Of a stretch of 64,000 nucleotides of DNA, positions 60,950-64,000 are shown in pieces. The notes under the pieces are model-generated. The model had not been told where the DNA came from. It did not search any database and saw only the letters and a program-made list of their open reading frames with translations. Each line of letters opens with the position of its first letter. Position 1 is the first letter of the stretch. This stretch comes from Candidatus Eiseniibacteriota bacterium. GTDB lineage: Bacteria; Eisenbacteria; RBG-16-71-46; CAZAMP01. Location of the stretch: contig OZ245046.1 in the NCBI GenBank assembly GCA_965224245.1, positions 2,336,001 through 2,400,000 of the forward strand. The letters run 5' to 3'. The position numbers were made by a program, and so were the translations under genes.

Positions 60950-61639
60950 GTGATGAGTCGTACGTTTCTCGATCGGGTACTGGGTCCGCGCGTCGATCCG
61001 GCCGAGCAGTCCCGCCACGGGCTTCGCTACGGCGCCCCGAGCGCGGTCCTTCTGATCGCACGCGTGCTTCTGCTCGTGTCGCTCTTCATGCCCTACTGGC
61101 ACATGGAGCTGATCGCGCCCCAGTACCCGGACAACCTGCATCTCACGGCCTACGTCACCCACCTCACGGGCGACGTGGCCGAGATCGACGGACTCAATCA
61201 CTACATCGGCATGCGGTCGCTGGAGGAGGCCGCCCAGTTCGAGCGCCACGTCGGCGTCTACGTGTTGATCGGCTTCGTGGTGCTGCTCGAGATCGCCAGC
61301 GTCGTGCACACCCGGTGGGCGTCGCTGATGGCCGCCCCGGTGGTGCTCTTTCCGGCCGCGTTCCTGATCGATCTGCACCTCTGGATGAGTCACTTCGGGA
61401 CGAACCTGGACCCCGACGCCCCCCTGTCGTCGGCCATTCAGCCGTTCGTCCCTCCCATCCTGGGGACGGGTGTCGTCGGCCAGTTCAAGACGATCGCGAC
61501 GCCCGGAGCGGGTCTCGTGATGGCGGCGGTCACATCGTGTCTCGTCCTGGTGGCGCTCTTCCTGCATCGACGCGCCTACCGGCCACTGGTCGAGGCGGCG
61601 GGCGCGGCGCGGGCCGCGGACGCATCGAGCCCACGATGA
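60950..61639 (+). CDS. nosB: NosB-type membrane protein of clade II nos clusters
   Basis: 'PYWHMELIAPQYP', 'EIDGLNHYIGM', 'FGTNLDP.APL', 'PPILG'. Confidence 0.85.
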   Translation: MMSRTFLDRVLGPRVDPAEQSRHGLRYGAPSAVLLIARVLLLVSLFMPYWHMELIAPQYPDNLHLTAYVTHLTGDVAEIDGLNHYIGMRSLEEAAQFERHVGVYVLIGFVVLLEIASVVHTRWASLMAAPVVLFPAAFLIDLHLWMSHFGTNLDPDAPLSSAIQPFVPPILGTGVVGQFKTIATPGAGLVMAAVTSCLVLVALFLHRRAYRPLVEAAGAARAADASSPR

Positions 61640-63051
61640 ACGCCGGACGGCCCGTGACCCTCGCGCTCGGGCTCCTGGCCGCGGCGGGAACGTCTCACGC
61701 CGAGCCTCCCGGAGCGGCGGACACCCTCGATGCGCTCTTCCGAGGCGCCGAGCCGGGGGCGATCGTCCACGTGCCCCCGGGCGTCTATCACGGGCACCTG
61801 ATCGTGGATCGTCCGGTGACCCTGGACGGCGGCGGCGCCGTGACGATCGACGGCGACGGCGAGGGCACCGTGGTCACGCTGGCCTCCGCCGACGTCACGT
61901 TCCGGGGCTTCACGGTGCGCGGTTCGGGCTCCACGGTCGGCGACGAACCCGCGGGGATTCGTGTGACCGCCGGGCCGGTGGTGGTGGAGGCCAATCGCGT
62001 CGAGGACACGCTCTTCGGCATCGACCTCCGCGAGTCGTGGGGGTCGGTCGTGCGCGACAACGTCGTGATCGGGAAGGACCTCTCGCTCGGGCGCCGCGGC
62101 GACGGGATCCGGCTCTGGTGGAGCCACGACTGCCTGGTGACCGGCAACGAGGTCAGCGGGGTTCGGGACATGGTCTTCTGGTACTCCGAACGGCTCTCCA
62201 TCACCGGCAACCGCGTGACGGACAGCCGCTACGGACTCCACTTCATGTACAGCCACGACACGACCCTCGCCGACAACACGCTGATCGCGAACTCCGTGGG
62301 CATCTACCTGATGTACAGCAATCACATCGTCCTGCACCGGAATCGCCTGCGCAGCAACCGGGGCGCCAGCGGGTACGGCATCGGCCTCAAGGATTGCGAC
62401 GACATCACCGTGGACGAGAACGTGATCCTGGCAAACCGGGTCGGCGTGTACGTGGACAACAGTCCGTCCTCGATCGGCAGTGCGGGGCTGATCCGCGCGA
62501 ACCTCGTCGCCTTCAACGAGATCGGTGTCCTGGCCACGCCCAACACGCACGACAACGTCGTGACGGGCAACGGCTTCGTGGAGAACGAGGAGCAGGTGGC
62601 GGTGCACGGACGAGGATCGCTGGAGGCCAACCGATTCTCCGACGGCGGCACCGGCAACTTCTGGTCCGACTATGCCGGGTTCGACGGGAACGGGGACGGT
62701 CGGGGTGATCTGCCGTACGAGCCGAGGAGCCTGTTCGAGAGCCTTCTGGCCCGGGAGCCCAATCTCCGCTTCTTTCTTCACAGTCCGGCCGAGCAGGCGA
62801 TCGAGTTCACGGCCAGGGCTTTCCCCGAGATCCGACCCGAGCCGAACTTCGTGGACGCCCACCCGCTCGTCACCCCGGTCGAGGTTCGCGTCGCCATGGC
62901 CGACGACCGGGCCGGCGGCCTTCCCATGGCCGCCTTCGCGGCGGGCCTCGTCGCCATCGCCGCCGGCGCGTCCCGGTGGCTCGGACGCGAGCGATCCCTC
63001 ACCCCGTGCGGCGGTGACGCGAGCACCGTCTCGAGGAGGCTCCGGTCGTGA
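61636..63051 (+). CDS. nosD: N2O reductase maturation protein NosD
   Basis: Beta-helix; 'RGDGIRLW', 'RYGLHFMYS', 'GNFWSDYAGFD.NGDG.GD.PY'. Confidence 0.95.
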   Translation: MNAGRPVTLALGLLAAAGTSHAEPPGAADTLDALFRGAEPGAIVHVPPGVYHGHLIVDRPVTLDGGGAVTIDGDGEGTVVTLASADVTFRGFTVRGSGSTVGDEPAGIRVTAGPVVVEANRVEDTLFGIDLRESWGSVVRDNVVIGKDLSLGRRGDGIRLWWSHDCLVTGNEVSGVRDMVFWYSERLSITGNRVTDSRYGLHFMYSHDTTLADNTLIANSVGIYLMYSNHIVLHRNRLRSNRGASGYGIGLKDCDDITVDENVILANRVGVYVDNSPSSIGSAGLIRANLVAFNEIGVLATPNTHDNVVTGNGFVENEEQVAVHGRGSLEANRFSDGGTGNFWSDYAGFDGNGDGRGDLPYEPRSLFESLLAREPNLRFFLHSPAEQAIEFTARAFPEIRPEPNFVDAHPLVTPVEVRVAMADDRAGGLPMAAFAAGLVAIAAGASRWLGRERSLTPCGGDASTVSRRLRS

Positions 63052-63929
63052 TCCACATCCACACCGTCACCAAGCGATACGGCCGCGTCACCGCGCTCCA
63101 CGACGTCAGCGCGCGGATCCGTCCCGGTGAGGCGCTCGCCCTCTGGGGGCACAACGGCGCCGGAAAGACCACGTTGATCCGCTGCCTCCTCGGTGTCATC
63201 CGGTACGAGGGCGAGGTGACGATCGCCGGCGTCGACGTTCGCCGGGACGGCAAGCGCGCGCGTGCGCTCGTCGGGTACGTCCCCCAGGAGCTCGCGTTCC
63301 ACGACGACACGCAGCTGGGCGCGGCGATGGCGTTCTTCGCCGAGCTCCGACGGGTCGGACGCCGGGATGCCGCGGCCGCGCTGCGGGCGGTCGGCCTCGA
63401 GGGCCACGACTCGAAGCGGCTGCGCGAGCTGTCGGGCGGCATGAAGCAGCGTCTCGCGATGGCGATCGCGCTGCTGTCGGATCCGCCGGTGATCGTCCTC
63501 GACGAGCCCACGTCCAACCTCGATGCCGCCGGTCGGCGCGCCGTGGTCGAGATGCTCCGCGACCTTCGTACCGGCGGCAAGACCATCGTGTTCGCGTCCC
63601 ACCGATCGGACGAGGTACTCGCCCTCGCCGATCGCGTGCTCGTCCTCGACGACGGACGCCTCGTCGAGGATCGCGTGCCCGGAGAGCTCTGGCCGGGAGA
63701 GGGCCCGGGCCAGCGGCTCCGACTTCACGTGGCCGAGGGGCAGGAGACCTCGGCGCTCGCGGTGCTGGACCGAGGCGGTCACGTCGCCGAGCTGAACGGC
63801 AACGGTCTGTGTGTCACGACGCCGCGGAACCGAAAGGGTGACCCGATCACGCTCCTGGTGCGCTCCGAGATCGACGTGCGCGACTTCGAGGTGCTGGCGG
63901 ATCCGTCGCCGCACGGGGAGGGATCATGA
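63048..63929 (+). CDS. nosF: ABC transporter ATPase NosF
   Basis: 'GHNGAGKTT', 'LSGGMKQR', 'LDEPT'; translationally coupled to nosD. Confidence 0.9.
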   Translation: MIHIHTVTKRYGRVTALHDVSARIRPGEALALWGHNGAGKTTLIRCLLGVIRYEGEVTIAGVDVRRDGKRARALVGYVPQELAFHDDTQLGAAMAFFAELRRVGRRDAAAALRAVGLEGHDSKRLRELSGGMKQRLAMAIALLSDPPVIVLDEPTSNLDAAGRRAVVEMLRDLRTGGKTIVFASHRSDEVLALADRVLVLDDGRLVEDRVPGELWPGEGPGQRLRLHVAEGQETSALAVLDRGGHVAELNGNGLCVTTPRNRKGDPITLLVRSEIDVRDFEVLADPSPHGEGS

Positions 63930-64000
63930 CGACCTCGACCCCCTCCTGGGTCGCCGTCCCCGGGGCCAGGCTCTCGTGGCGGCGTGGTGTGCTCGCGTTC
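63926..64000 (+). CDS. probable start of NosY permease (truncated by window end)
   Basis: ATGA overlap with the nosF stop; identity inferred from gene order only. Confidence 0.45.
   Translation, partial: MTTSTPSWVAVPGARLSWRRGVLAF

Overview
High-GC chromosomal window from a diderm bacterium (lpxH, FadL and Wzi are present). Secreted proteins with FlgD-like/T9SS-like tails and 'TP..xxWxxI/L(K/R)xxY' C-termini suggest an FCB-related candidate lineage such as Eisenbacteria, Krumholzibacteriota or Latescibacterota; this is inference only. In order, the window holds: a cluster of large secreted proteins (a tandem paralog pair, a triple beta-helix protein and a frameshifted small secreted gene); an ECF42-like sigma factor with a YciI gene; a 21-bp tandem array beside a DUF222-like/HNH gene; an ebo cluster (D-hyp-B-E-C-[wzi]-F); a divergent probable selenoprotein (CGU, UGA readthrough, SECIS-like hairpin) fused to a tetraheme cytochrome c; a FabH/FadL/SGNH lipid module; IDH, CDGSH, EEP and OYE genes; tRNA-Asp; a murQ-anmK-spoIID-nagZ recycling operon; a degenerate sigma54 activator; a hyp-dnaK-dnaJ-like-degP operon behind a near-perfect sigma54 promoter and a sensor-less activator; a sigma54-driven lipoprotein; M23 and lpxH genes; and the start of a clade II nos cluster preceded by an Rrf2 gene. 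The top candidates for novelty are the Sec-multiheme fusion, the sigma54 chaperone module with an HPD-less J protein, the Wzi-containing ebo cluster, the C-terminal sorting motif and the Rrf2 operator of the nos operon. All calls come from motifs read by eye; no database searches were run.
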